Shown: positions 9,729-19,193 of the stretch, one piece after another
How positions within the stretch are numbered: position 1 is the stretch's first letter
How the letters are laid out: each line of letters starts with the position of its first letter
Virus record (IMG/VR): IMGVR_UViG_3300050014_000619
DNA: 64,000 nucleotides
Strand: one strand, 5' to 3'
DNA from: a virus
The notes under the pieces: generated by a model
Told to the model about the DNA's origin: nothing
The model's database searches: none
Seen by the model: only the letters and a program-made list of their open reading frames with translations
Made by a program: the position numbers and the translations under genes

Positions 9729-10497
9729 TCAACAATTGTACGATAAAACGTATACAATACCCCCAGAAGTGCTTAATGGCATACAGGTGGCAAAAGCATC
9801 GAGTTCTAATGGAAATGGTCTTAAACGAGCTAATTTCATCCTTAAAAACGGTGCAATGCCTTATACTGCATTGGTGAAACTCAAACATGATTTTGATAAT
9901 AATAATTTTACGGATGCTAAACAATATGCTCTTGCTGGCGGTGATCAGATGAAAGCATTTATTGAAAAAACTCTTGCTGCAGATCGAAATGCTGTTGAAC
10001 AGTCGAAAACAATTAAACAGGACATGACTACTGACCCGAATTCAGAATTAGCACCATACCAAACGCCCAGACTGAATGAGGAAGATAAAAAGAAAAAGGA
10101 ATTAACGAAGAATGTTTGTGCTGTAATTGTTGATAAAGACGATAAGATATTATTACTCAAACGTGCATCTACTCCAAAAATCTGGATGCCTTCGAAATGG
10201 GCATTAGTTGGTGGTGGCATTGAAAAAGATGAAACACCTTTACAGGCAATCAAAAGAGAGATAATGGAAGAGATTGGTCTGGAGATCGATAAGTTTGTTA
10301 AAACCTTCACAATACAAAGACATGAAAGCAGTGTCGAACACATATTTGCATGTCGTTATGAGGGTGAACCAACTGATATTAAATTAAATGAAGAGAATAC
10401 TAACTATGGATGGTATGATGTGGATGAAATGCAGTATTTGGATACTGTACCGCATTTATTGGAATATATTACATTAACATTTGTAAAATACGATTAA
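9721..10497 (+). CDS. Nudix hydrolase with N-terminal extension
   Basis: Nudix box GGIEKDETPLQAIKREIMEEIGL; ILLLKR. Confidence 0.88.
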   Translation: MANQQLYDKTYTIPPEVLNGIQVAKASSSNGNGLKRANFILKNGAMPYTALVKLKHDFDNNNFTDAKQYALAGGDQMKAFIEKTLAADRNAVEQSKTIKQDMTTDPNSELAPYQTPRLNEEDKKKKELTKNVCAVIVDKDDKILLLKRASTPKIWMPSKWALVGGGIEKDETPLQAIKREIMEEIGLEIDKFVKTFTIQRHESSVEHIFACRYEGEPTDIKLNEENTNYGWYDVDEMQYLDTVPHLLEYITLTFVKYD

Positions 10498-10500
10498 TTC

Positions 10501-10509
10501 GTATTTATA
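10501..10509 (+). promoter_or_regulatory. GTATTTATA putative late-promoter motif
   Basis: Intergenic, upstream of 10546. Confidence 0.6.
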
Positions 10510-10545
10510 TATAAATAATATTAACAAAATTAAAAACAAAATAAA

Positions 10546-10806
10546 ATGGCAGATAATACAACAGACCCAAGCAGACTTCTTGCTAATAGTGTACAGTTCA
10601 GAGATAAAAATGTTGCGAAGAATCGTTACAAAACCAACAACGAATATGTTGCTGGTCATCCAGACGCATTATCCACAGGTGATGAATTGGGTAAAGACGA
10701 ATTAAATGGTAATACTGGTAGTGCAACTGATATTAAAGAAAGACAAAAAGAAATTGTCAAAAACAAATTTAATTCAAACAGAACATATAACGCAAGCAAC
10801 GCATAA
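10546..10806 (+). CDS. Hypothetical protein
   Basis: 86-aa hydrophilic ORF; TAATG coupling to the next gene. Confidence 0.65.
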   Translation: MADNTTDPSRLLANSVQFRDKNVAKNRYKTNNEYVAGHPDALSTGDELGKDELNGNTGSATDIKERQKEIVKNKFNSNRTYNASNA

Positions 10807-11732
10807 TGTTGAGTGAGGCTAAAATACTGTTCGAGAATATCAGACATTTTCGCCAGCTTCTTAGCGAAGCTGTTAGCGATAGTGTAATCGTTGATGCAAT
10901 TAACGAGCATAAATATCTTTATATTTATTATGAAGGTGAGACAACTCAAGAAACTGGTTATCGAACAATCAGACCATTCGTTTTAGGTAAATTGAAAAAC
11001 GGTAATTTAGCACTGAGAGCTTGGCAGGATAAGGGTAGAAGTGATAGTCTCAGGGCAGATTCTCCAAGAAACAGATTACATCACGAACATGAATTTGATG
11101 AAGGCAAAACAAAACCGGGTTGGCGTTTATTCCTTGTTGATAACATTAAATCAGCATATCCTACTGGTGTGAAATTTAATAAAAAAGATGGTAGCGTAAT
11201 GATACCGACTGGTTATAAAGAGCATGATAAGTCAATGACTGGTGGAATCGTTGCATTTATTTCGGCAAATGGTAGAGAAGAAATGCAAGCAAGTGGTACA
11301 ACAGGTACAACTACACAAAAAATTCCGAGATACGAGAAGTTCAAGAATGCCGATATTAATAAGAGGAAACTCACGAAAGCTGATGTCATTGGTTTATACG
11401 ATATTGCTACACGTGTTATGAAAAAATCAATTAATAGGTTCTTTGTATCAATTGATGATCAGAATTATTATTACTTACAGGATAAGAATATTAAAGCCAG
11501 ATTTCCACAGAATGCAATTGTTGGTGATCTTGATGTATTATATGATCAGTTTGTAAGAAAACAGCCACAAGAGCCACAGCAATTGAGCCAGACTGATGCT
11601 TATATGAAACAGGAATTGGATAAACTTGCTAAGAGTACAGCAGCAAATAATGCAAAAACACCTGAAGAACAAAAAATGATGAAAGAAAATGAAAAATTCC
11701 CTGTTGACAAAAGGACCTTTTTCAAAATCTAA
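10806..11732 (+). CDS. WYL-domain protein without HTH
   Basis: IYYEG...RTIRPFVLG...LRAWQ...GWRLFLVDNI pattern. Confidence 0.72.
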   Translation: MLSEAKILFENIRHFRQLLSEAVSDSVIVDAINEHKYLYIYYEGETTQETGYRTIRPFVLGKLKNGNLALRAWQDKGRSDSLRADSPRNRLHHEHEFDEGKTKPGWRLFLVDNIKSAYPTGVKFNKKDGSVMIPTGYKEHDKSMTGGIVAFISANGREEMQASGTTGTTTQKIPRYEKFKNADINKRKLTKADVIGLYDIATRVMKKSINRFFVSIDDQNYYYLQDKNIKARFPQNAIVGDLDVLYDQFVRKQPQEPQQLSQTDAYMKQELDKLAKSTAANNAKTPEEQKMMKENEKFPVDKRTFFKI

Positions 11733-11733
11733 C

Positions 11734-11742
11734 GTATTTATA
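11734..11742 (+). promoter_or_regulatory. GTATTTATA putative late-promoter motif
   Basis: 31 nt before the ATG at 11765. Confidence 0.65.
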
Positions 11743-11764
11743 AAAAAATATAAAATTTTATAAA

Positions 11765-12430
11765 ATGGCAAAACCCGATTTAAATAAACTAAAAAACGAA
11801 ATTGATAGTCGTAAAAGGGAAAGAAATACTACCTTAACACCTAATGGTGAAAATATTGCACCACGTGATGTATTTCTTAACGGCTTGCTTGAATCATATA
11901 AGACTGGTAGAGAAACTACTGCAAGTGCATTAGTTAAGACCGTTAATAACAAAGCTGCTGCAAAGAGTGGTGAAAAAAATCTTCAAATTACTGAAGCACC
12001 AGTACAACAGCCACAGCAACCACAAGGCACTCCAAGAAGAATAACTGATGTTGATATGTCACCTGAAAGGGATGAATTATTATGGGCAGAAGTTGAAAGA
12101 AAGAAAAAAATGACATTGGCTGAACAGATTGGTGATTTCAGGAATACACCACCAGTGGGCGCACCAATGAATAACAATGTTAAACAGCCATCTGCTCTCA
12201 ATGAGGTATATTTAACAGAGAACATGAAGAAATACATGGATAATTATCTGGTTGAAAATCTGGGTCCTGTTTTCGAAGAAGCTATTAAAGGTACAATAAT
12301 TGAAATGTACGCTGCAGAACGAATCAAAGAAGTTCTGGCAGAGAATAAAGATATGATAAAAGAATTGGTCAAAGAAACCATTCGAGAAATTCAAAAAGCT
12401 AACGCAGATAAAAAGAAAGCACAATCTTAA
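11765..12430 (+). CDS. Hypothetical protein, possible head core/internal protein
   Basis: 221 aa; LLES, ITE, LNE, LTE sites; helical C-terminus. Confidence 0.6.
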   Translation: MAKPDLNKLKNEIDSRKRERNTTLTPNGENIAPRDVFLNGLLESYKTGRETTASALVKTVNNKAAAKSGEKNLQITEAPVQQPQQPQGTPRRITDVDMSPERDELLWAEVERKKKMTLAEQIGDFRNTPPVGAPMNNNVKQPSALNEVYLTENMKKYMDNYLVENLGPVFEEAIKGTIIEMYAAERIKEVLAENKDMIKELVKETIREIQKANADKKKAQS

Positions 12431-12446
12431 TTGTGCTTTCTTTTTT
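12410..12446 (+). terminator. Intrinsic terminator
   Basis: AAAAGAAAGCACAAT-CTTA-ATTGTGCTTTCTTTTTT. Confidence 0.85.
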
Positions 12447-12451
12447 GATAG

Positions 12452-12466
12452 TAAGTTTGTATTTAT
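12452..12466 (+). promoter_or_regulatory. Overlapping TAAGTTTG (-7 box) and GTATTTAT motifs
   Basis: TAAGTTTG 12452-59 shares its G with GTATTTAT 12459-66, upstream of the 1441-aa gene. Confidence 0.55.
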
Positions 12467-12489
12467 GAATATAGTATAAATCTTCGATA

Positions 12490-15400
12490 ATGGTTAAACT
12501 AAAAATATTCGAATTATACAACAATGCCGATGGAAATGACGATATGCTTTCTGATATCGGTAATGTTGGCATGGAAGTAAGACAAGGCATGTGGACATTT
12601 ATGCCTGATAGAGTTGGCGATAATAGTCCAGCAATTCAAGAAGACGAAAATTTTAAATCTCCACAGGTAGACCAAGGTGTGTTAAAAAATCACGCATATG
12701 CCAGAGAATTAGCATATACTTTTGCAAGAAAAATTGGCATACAAATAACAAAAGATTTGGGTGGCGGTGGAAATGGACGTGCATTCGAAATTAGTCCAGA
12801 AGTTGTGCTAAAATTAACTACCGATGTCAGTGAAGTAGATGCTGCAATTAAAACGCTTAGAGAAGAACCAAAACATCTTGCTGAGATTTATGGAATTTAT
12901 AAACTCATTGATACTGAGAAAAATGCATCGTTATATGCCATACTTCAAGAGCACATTCAAGAAAAACCATTGGAAAAATTCAGGGAATATAATAAAATAA
13001 TAAATGCTATTATGCCAAGTGGTCTGGGACTTGAAGATTTTTTTGGTTTAATGAGATTACCTAAAAAATTTAATTATAGTGATTTAGCTGAAAAAGCAAA
13101 ATTACTTCTTACAGATACTCCAGAAGCGAACATTAATGAACAAGATAGAAAGGAAGCATATAATTATCTTATTGCATTACTTGATATAAGACAGGAATTA
13201 ATTGATTATGGTATTAAATCAACTGACTATTGGACTATTGCAAATCTTGGATATGATAAAGGTATATTAAAATATTTTGATGTCGGTGGATATGTTGCAC
13301 CAAAACCAGAAATTCCAAAAGATCATGTGGTAACGTTGCCTGAAGATGGTAGCGCAAAATTTAGCACAGATAATGGTATTGGTCAAGATGATGAACCACC
13401 ATATGATAACAATGACACTTCACCCTCAATAGAAAATGATCTCAATGCAAATTTAAATATGCGTGAAGATTTGGAATACAATCACGTTAGTGATGCAACA
13501 CAAGATCAATACGAGCTTGATGAAAGACAATTATCTTCAATGGCTGGAAGCAGTACTGTTGAAGTTAAACAGAAATGCAGATTAGCTGGAAATGGCAATA
13601 CTTCAACCGCTTGCAATCAGGGTGATATAAGAAATCTGAATATCAAGCCATTGCATGAAAGTGCAAGTCTTAATATACCCGAAAATCTCAGTGGATATGA
13701 TTCACTTAAAATAATGAATGGTGATCAGACTGTAGGTGAGGTTGGAATTATGGACAGAGGTGTACATGGTGGAAATCATTATATTGCAATTGACAAAATC
13801 TTTATTAATAAGGAATTTAGGGGTAACGATTATGCAAATGATGCAATGAAATTGATTTTTGCTTATGCTGATAAAAATAATTTAATTGTTACCTTGACAC
13901 CAGATAATATCTGGGGTGCAAGTGTACCAAAGTTAAAAGCATGGTATAAATCACTGGGATTTATTGAAAATAAAGGCAAGAAAAAAGATTTCCAGACTAT
14001 GCAGTTAATGTATAGATTACCAAAAACTCCTACAAATCTCAATGAAGACATTGACCCTAAAACAATTAATACAAACAGAAGGGCAATATATTCCGTAATT
14101 ACTGGCAAAAGAAAATTGGCATTTGGTGAAGTTGATAAGCCATTAGGACAGGCAATTGAGAAAAGAGGTTTTGGTATAATACCAGTGAGAATGACTTCAC
14201 GTCATGGTATGATGAGCATAGTTTATAATAAAGATTCATATGAAAATGCAAGAAAACTTTATGAAATAGCTAAGACGCATGGTGATTATCTTACAGATAA
14301 TACGGCAAGTGAAGCTCGTGAAATAGGTAGATTATTAGAATATAAAGAAGAAAGTATTGCAGAATATATAAAACAGAAATATGGTGACAGAGCATTATCT
14401 ACACATGAAAAATCACCAGAAGACTTCGATGATCTTTCTGAAGATATGGATTTTTGGGATTTGAATGATTTAAATGAAGAGAACTTTCCAGCATTCGAAA
14501 AACAAATCGAAAAAGATGAAATTACTCACGGTCTTGATAAAAAAGTTCTTTATGAACAAGATGATTTTAAAGTATGTGTAGTTAATGGCGATGCTGTCAG
14601 AGGTAATGGTTTTGATGAATGGGTAGATGGTGGTCATCATTATGTAGATGCTGATTTACCGAAAGACGAACAAAAATACGCTAAATTTATTCCAGAGGAT
14701 GAAATTTGGATTGATGACGTATTTTTATCAAAACCAAATGATATGGCAGCAATTATACTTCATGAAAAACTCGAAAGATATTTAATGAAGAATTATGGTA
14801 TTGAATACGAAAATGCACACACAGATTATGCAAATAAAGCAGAAGTTGTCTTCAGAAAATTAGTTAAGGATGGTACTGGCTCACTTATAAGCCAGAAAAT
14901 TTTCGATGCATTTGTAAATAAATTTATACAAGACCATTCCGATAAAAAAGTTCATGAAGGAGTAGCAGATGTAGCTGCAGATAAACAGTTTGGTATACAA
15001 CAACCACATGCGGGTTTTGAAGACAAATTCAACAGGGAAGAAAATGAAGAAGATGTAGTCTTTGCTGGTGATACTGATGGTATGATAATAATAAGAAATC
15101 CCAAATCATGGAAAAACATATATGGCTATGTTAGGGGAATTATTGACCCAGAAGGTAATCTTTATATTCAACAAAAACCCGTAGGCATTCACTTTGAAAT
15201 GCTTGAGGAATTGAATAAATTAGGACTTGTTGACAATGAAGCAGATTGGGATGAAAAATTACCAACGAACTTTCTTACAGTACAACGATATTTAAGGTCG
15301 AATAAAATTTTACTCGGTGAATCAAACTCACCAAGATATCCAGAACCAAGAGACCCAAATTCTATGTTTTGGAGCAAAATTCCACCAGTTGAGGTAGCTA

Positions 15401-16815
15401 TCCCATATTATCAGGCTTTCTTAGATAAGGCTAAAAAGAAAAATCCCAGCATGGATTTTATTAATGAGATAATAAGTACATATAGGAAACAGCATGAGAA
15501 TGATGAAACGTTTGGTGGTAATGATTTTAATGAAAATTTAAAAAATTCTGATAATCATAATGATTTATATGTAGAAAATGTTAACTTTGCAAAAAATGAT
15601 TCGATGAATGAGAATGAAATAATGTCATTAGATGATTTGCCTTTCAAAGATGATGTTGAACGTCAAGGCGGTAAGGTATATAGTGTTGGTGGTGCAGTAA
15701 GGGATAAATTTTTAGGTAAAGAATCTAAGGACTTGGATGTTATTGTTACTGGCATTCCACTTGATAAATTGGAGAGAATCATATCGAGATATGGTGTTGT
15801 TAACTCAGTTGGTAAATCATATGGTGTGTTGAAGTTCAAGCCACGTGGTGCTCCTGAAGACAGTGAAGATATTGATATTGTTATTCCACGTACAGATACC
15901 CCAACAGGCGGTGGTGGATATCAGGATTTTGATATTCAATCAGATCATACCATACCACTTGAAAAAGATTTGGAACGTAGGGACTTTACCATTAATGCAA
16001 TGGCAAGAGATAGAAATGGCGAAATAATTGACCCTTATGGTGGTCAGGAAGACCTGAAGAATAAAATTATTCGTGCAGTTAATCCCGAAGCATTTAGTGA
16101 TGACCCACTGAGAATGTTACGTGCTGTGCAATTTGCATGCCGTTTCGGTTTTACTATTGAGCCACACACAATGAAAATGATCAAAGACAATGTTGCGGAA
16201 ATCAAACGTATTTCTGCTGAAAGATACTTAATTGAATTTGATAAGATCATTAAAAAGGGCAATATAGTAATGGGTGTTGAACTACTTATGGAAACAGGCT
16301 TGTTTTCACAGATATTTAATGCACAGCCAAAAAATGTTACTCCTTTATTTGCCAAAGTTAAGACAATGGCTGAATTTCTTTATTTGCTTATGACTGGTTC
16401 TGTAAATAATCCTGCAGAATTCTATTTGGAACATTTTGCAAGTGATGAAGATGCAAAAAGAAGTAAGAACTACAAAGAGATTCGTGCACTTGAAACAGGA
16501 TTTGAAAGCGGTGAAGCAACAAACTTAATCGAAGCACGTTCAATTGCACATAATATGTATCTTATATTTCCACAAGTGTTGGAAAGCCAGATATTACCAA
16601 ACATAATCAGGGTTGCATCGCAGGAATTACTTCAAGGTAAATATCCTAAGACTGTGAATGAATTGGCGGTTAATGGTAATGATTTAATGGAACTTGGTTT
16701 ACAAGGTAAAGCAGTTGGTGATATGCAAAAATCATTATTATTGAAGATTTATTCAAATAAAGTTATGAATAATAAAGAAGATTTACTATCTTTGGCGGGT
16801 CAAAATGGAAAATAA
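12490..16815 (+). CDS. cca: Multidomain polyprotein: kinase-like, GNAT acetyltransferase, unknown, zincin-like, unknown, C-terminal class II tRNA nucleotidyltransferase (CCA-adding/poly(A) polymerase family)
   Basis: LGGGGNG/VLK/D...N/FDVG; FRGNDYA...WYKSLGF; LHEKLER...AH; VGGAVRD...DLD, RRDFTINAMA, DDPLRMLR, SAER. Confidence 0.85.
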   Translation: MVKLKIFELYNNADGNDDMLSDIGNVGMEVRQGMWTFMPDRVGDNSPAIQEDENFKSPQVDQGVLKNHAYARELAYTFARKIGIQITKDLGGGGNGRAFEISPEVVLKLTTDVSEVDAAIKTLREEPKHLAEIYGIYKLIDTEKNASLYAILQEHIQEKPLEKFREYNKIINAIMPSGLGLEDFFGLMRLPKKFNYSDLAEKAKLLLTDTPEANINEQDRKEAYNYLIALLDIRQELIDYGIKSTDYWTIANLGYDKGILKYFDVGGYVAPKPEIPKDHVVTLPEDGSAKFSTDNGIGQDDEPPYDNNDTSPSIENDLNANLNMREDLEYNHVSDATQDQYELDERQLSSMAGSSTVEVKQKCRLAGNGNTSTACNQGDIRNLNIKPLHESASLNIPENLSGYDSLKIMNGDQTVGEVGIMDRGVHGGNHYIAIDKIFINKEFRGNDYANDAMKLIFAYADKNNLIVTLTPDNIWGASVPKLKAWYKSLGFIENKGKKKDFQTMQLMYRLPKTPTNLNEDIDPKTINTNRRAIYSVITGKRKLAFGEVDKPLGQAIEKRGFGIIPVRMTSRHGMMSIVYNKDSYENARKLYEIAKTHGDYLTDNTASEAREIGRLLEYKEESIAEYIKQKYGDRALSTHEKSPEDFDDLSEDMDFWDLNDLNEENFPAFEKQIEKDEITHGLDKKVLYEQDDFKVCVVNGDAVRGNGFDEWVDGGHHYVDADLPKDEQKYAKFIPEDEIWIDDVFLSKPNDMAAIILHEKLERYLMKNYGIEYENAHTDYANKAEVVFRKLVKDGTGSLISQKIFDAFVNKFIQDHSDKKVHEGVADVAADKQFGIQQPHAGFEDKFNREENEEDVVFAGDTDGMIIIRNPKSWKNIYGYVRGIIDPEGNLYIQQKPVGIHFEMLEELNKLGLVDNEADWDEKLPTNFLTVQRYLRSNKILLGESNSPRYPEPRDPNSMFWSKIPPVEVAIPYYQAFLDKAKKKNPSMDFINEIISTYRKQHENDETFGGNDFNENLKNSDNHNDLYVENVNFAKNDSMNENEIMSLDDLPFKDDVERQGGKVYSVGGAVRDKFLGKESKDLDVIVTGIPLDKLERIISRYGVVNSVGKSYGVLKFKPRGAPEDSEDIDIVIPRTDTPTGGGGYQDFDIQSDHTIPLEKDLERRDFTINAMARDRNGEIIDPYGGQEDLKNKIIRAVNPEAFSDDPLRMLRAVQFACRFGFTIEPHTMKMIKDNVAEIKRISAERYLIEFDKIIKKGNIVMGVELLMETGLFSQIFNAQPKNVTPLFAKVKTMAEFLYLLMTGSVNNPAEFYLEHFASDEDAKRSKNYKEIRALETGFESGEATNLIEARSIAHNMYLIFPQVLESQILPNIIRVASQELLQGKYPKTVNELAVNGNDLMELGLQGKAVGDMQKSLLLKIYSNKVMNNKEDLLSLAGQNGK
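15582..15589 (+). promoter_or_regulatory. Possible internal -7 box upstream of the CCA domain
   Basis: TAACTTTG 14 nt before an in-frame ATG at 15604; -33 element is poor. Confidence 0.4.
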
Positions 16816-17746
16816 TAGAAAAGAAATATTGATTTGTAATGAATGTAATAAAGAATTTAATTCATTAAAAGGATTGAAAAATCATAATAGATACGGATGT
16901 AGTACCAAATTACATTCAAATTATTTTAAATATTGCCCAATATGTAATGAAATAATACATTATGAAAGTAAAACTAAATATGATTATGCAATTAAAAATG
17001 ATTCAAAATGCCATAAATGTGGTAATATTGGTAGAGAAGTGTCTGAAAACACAAAAATTAAAACATCTAAAACATTAAAAGAAAAATATGATAATGGCAC
17101 ACTAATTCCAAACATGATAGGCGCACATTCAAATGAATCAAGAAAAAAACAATCTGCAAAGAGAAAGAATTGTAAGTTAACTGAATCGCATAAATTAAAT
17201 ATTTCGATTGGTTTAAATAAATCTGAAAATTTTAAAATATCCGTACATTCAAAAGAAAGAGGTAATAAAATTTCAAAAAAATTAACAAATAAAAAATTTT
17301 CAAAAGAACATATCATTAAACTTTCTGAATCACATGCAAATGTTGCGAACGAAAATAATCCGTTTTATAATAAAAGTCATACTAATGAAGCTAAGAATAA
17401 AATGAGAATTAGTGCCATTGAAAGAATTAGATTAAATAAGTTTGAAAATAATCAAATAGTGCCGTTTTATAACAAAAGAGGTTGTGAATATTTTAATAAT
17501 CTAATGAAAATCAATAATTGTTTCATACAACACGCTGAAAATGGTGGTGAATTTTATATTAAGAAATTAGGATATTTTGTTGATGGATATGACGAAAAAA
17601 ACAATATTGTTTATGAATGGGATGAAAAACGTCATTTTCAAAAAGGTAAATTAATTGAAAGGGATATTATTAGAGAAAATGAAATTACCAATTTACTAAA
17701 ATGTGCTTTTATTAGAATTAAAGAAAGTGAGGTAAATAATGATTAA
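16805..17746 (+). CDS. Putative homing endonuclease: Zn fingers, NUMOD3 repeats, C-terminal PD-(D/E)xK/Vsr-like nuclease
   Basis: CNEC...H, CPIC, CHKC; HSNESRKKQS, HTNEAKNKMR; YFVDGYD...YEWDE. Confidence 0.78.
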   Translation: MENNRKEILICNECNKEFNSLKGLKNHNRYGCSTKLHSNYFKYCPICNEIIHYESKTKYDYAIKNDSKCHKCGNIGREVSENTKIKTSKTLKEKYDNGTLIPNMIGAHSNESRKKQSAKRKNCKLTESHKLNISIGLNKSENFKISVHSKERGNKISKKLTNKKFSKEHIIKLSESHANVANENNPFYNKSHTNEAKNKMRISAIERIRLNKFENNQIVPFYNKRGCEYFNNLMKINNCFIQHAENGGEFYIKKLGYFVDGYDEKNNIVYEWDEKRHFQKGKLIERDIIRENEITNLLKCAFIRIKESEVNND

Positions 17747-18344
17747 GAAAATTATAGTTGAGGAAATTAAAAAATTTTTCTTAAATGAATTTGCTTATCC
17801 TGAAATGAGACCAGAAGAAAAGAATACTTGGGACATAAATGGAGAAAATGTTGACATTAATTTCTTTGTACATAAATATGATGAATGGAATCATCAGGGT
17901 GGTGAAAATAGTGGTTATAAAGACCCTTCAGAAGCATCAGTGTTAGAATTTATAGAGAATAACTATGAAGATTTTACACATGATGAAAAATTAAAAAAAG
18001 AGTTGCTTTGGGCATTGACAGATCGAGAAGTTTTAAATGAGAATGAATCTAAATATAATAAAGAAAAAGAAGCATTAATGAAATCAAAAAGTATTGATGC
18101 TGAAATGAAAGAAAAGATTCTAAAATATTTTACTGCTGGTTCAACATATAAAGAAGGTGGACATGTACATGGTTTAAGCAAGCCAAAAGAATTAATGGAC
18201 AAAACATCTAAAACAGAAGGTGTTAGTATGGGTGCAGATAAAGACGGATTCTTTGTATATACACATCGTCAAAGGTCTAAGTCATATGAATCACCCGAAA
18301 AAATATCAATAAAAGACATTGAATTTACTGAAAGTACTGGCTAA
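17739..18344 (+). CDS. Hypothetical two-module protein with IIxEEI leader
   Basis: MIKKIIVEEIKKFFLNE leader; internal VLNENE linker. Confidence 0.65.
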   Translation: MIKKIIVEEIKKFFLNEFAYPEMRPEEKNTWDINGENVDINFFVHKYDEWNHQGGENSGYKDPSEASVLEFIENNYEDFTHDEKLKKELLWALTDREVLNENESKYNKEKEALMKSKSIDAEMKEKILKYFTAGSTYKEGGHVHGLSKPKELMDKTSKTEGVSMGADKDGFFVYTHRQRSKSYESPEKISIKDIEFTESTG

Positions 18345-19000
18345 TGAAAAAAGAAAAATTACTTAAAGAACAACAACGCAATAAATTACTCGAAGATTCG
18401 GGCATAAATCTTGTTCAAAATGCAAATTTATTGTCAATTGATATTCAACCAGAATATCAAAATGCATTTAATTTTCAATTGAGTAATTATATACGATTTT
18501 TAAATAGAAATTTTGATACTATGAATTCTCTTACATTTTTATATAATGGTGAGAATACTGTTGGTGGCGTAAGTGAAGGAGAATATAAAATGTGGTTAAT
18601 AGAAAATGGTATTAAAGAATCAATACTTGATTATGCCAGATTTTACGATAAAGGTTATGCATTTTTCAGAAGCTGTATGGATGATGGTCATGATGAAAAA
18701 GAAATTGTTAACTTAGTAAAATATATGATTAAACATGACATTAACGATAGTAGAGACATTGATGAAGAAATGTGGCAAGGTTTTATGACAGAATATGGAT
18801 ATGATTCAAGTGATGTTCGTGATTTTCTTGAACCAGCACAGGATTGCATTAATATACCAGATTTAATGGATTACTTACAAAAATTTTCTGGAAAAATAGT
18901 TATATGTGGCGGTGGAATAAACCAATGCTTTAAAGAAGTAGAAATTGCTTTAAATGCATTGGAAAAAATTTATAATGTTTTAACAAAATTTACTTATTAA
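18344..19000 (+). CDS. Isochorismatase/nicotinamidase-like cysteine hydrolase
   Basis: LLSIDIQ (Asp), DKGYAFF (Lys), ICGGGINQC (Cys) match the family's catalytic triad order. Confidence 0.6.
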   Translation: MKKEKLLKEQQRNKLLEDSGINLVQNANLLSIDIQPEYQNAFNFQLSNYIRFLNRNFDTMNSLTFLYNGENTVGGVSEGEYKMWLIENGIKESILDYARFYDKGYAFFRSCMDDGHDEKEIVNLVKYMIKHDINDSRDIDEEMWQGFMTEYGYDSSDVRDFLEPAQDCINIPDLMDYLQKFSGKIVICGGGINQCFKEVEIALNALEKIYNVLTKFTY

Positions 19001-19049
19001 TTTTATTATTGTATAAGTGTGAGTTACTAAATCCTATAAAGTATTTATT

Positions 19050-19193
19050 ATGAAAAGCAAAGACAAAACAAAAACAGTTACACCAATGGATGTAGCAAGA
19101 TTTGTTGGTGCTGAAAAAGACTATCAAGATGTTTTAAATAAGAATAGGGGTGCTTTGGTTGAAAATTTTTATAGCTTATTGAAAAAATTATGA
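19050..19193 (+). CDS. Small hypothetical protein (47 aa), not in the ORF track
   Basis: MKSKDKTKTVTPMDVARF...SLLKKL*; ATGA overlap with the 19190 gene; GTATTTAT at 19041. Confidence 0.5.
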   Translation: MKSKDKTKTVTPMDVARFVGAEKDYQDVLNKNRGALVENFYSLLKKL

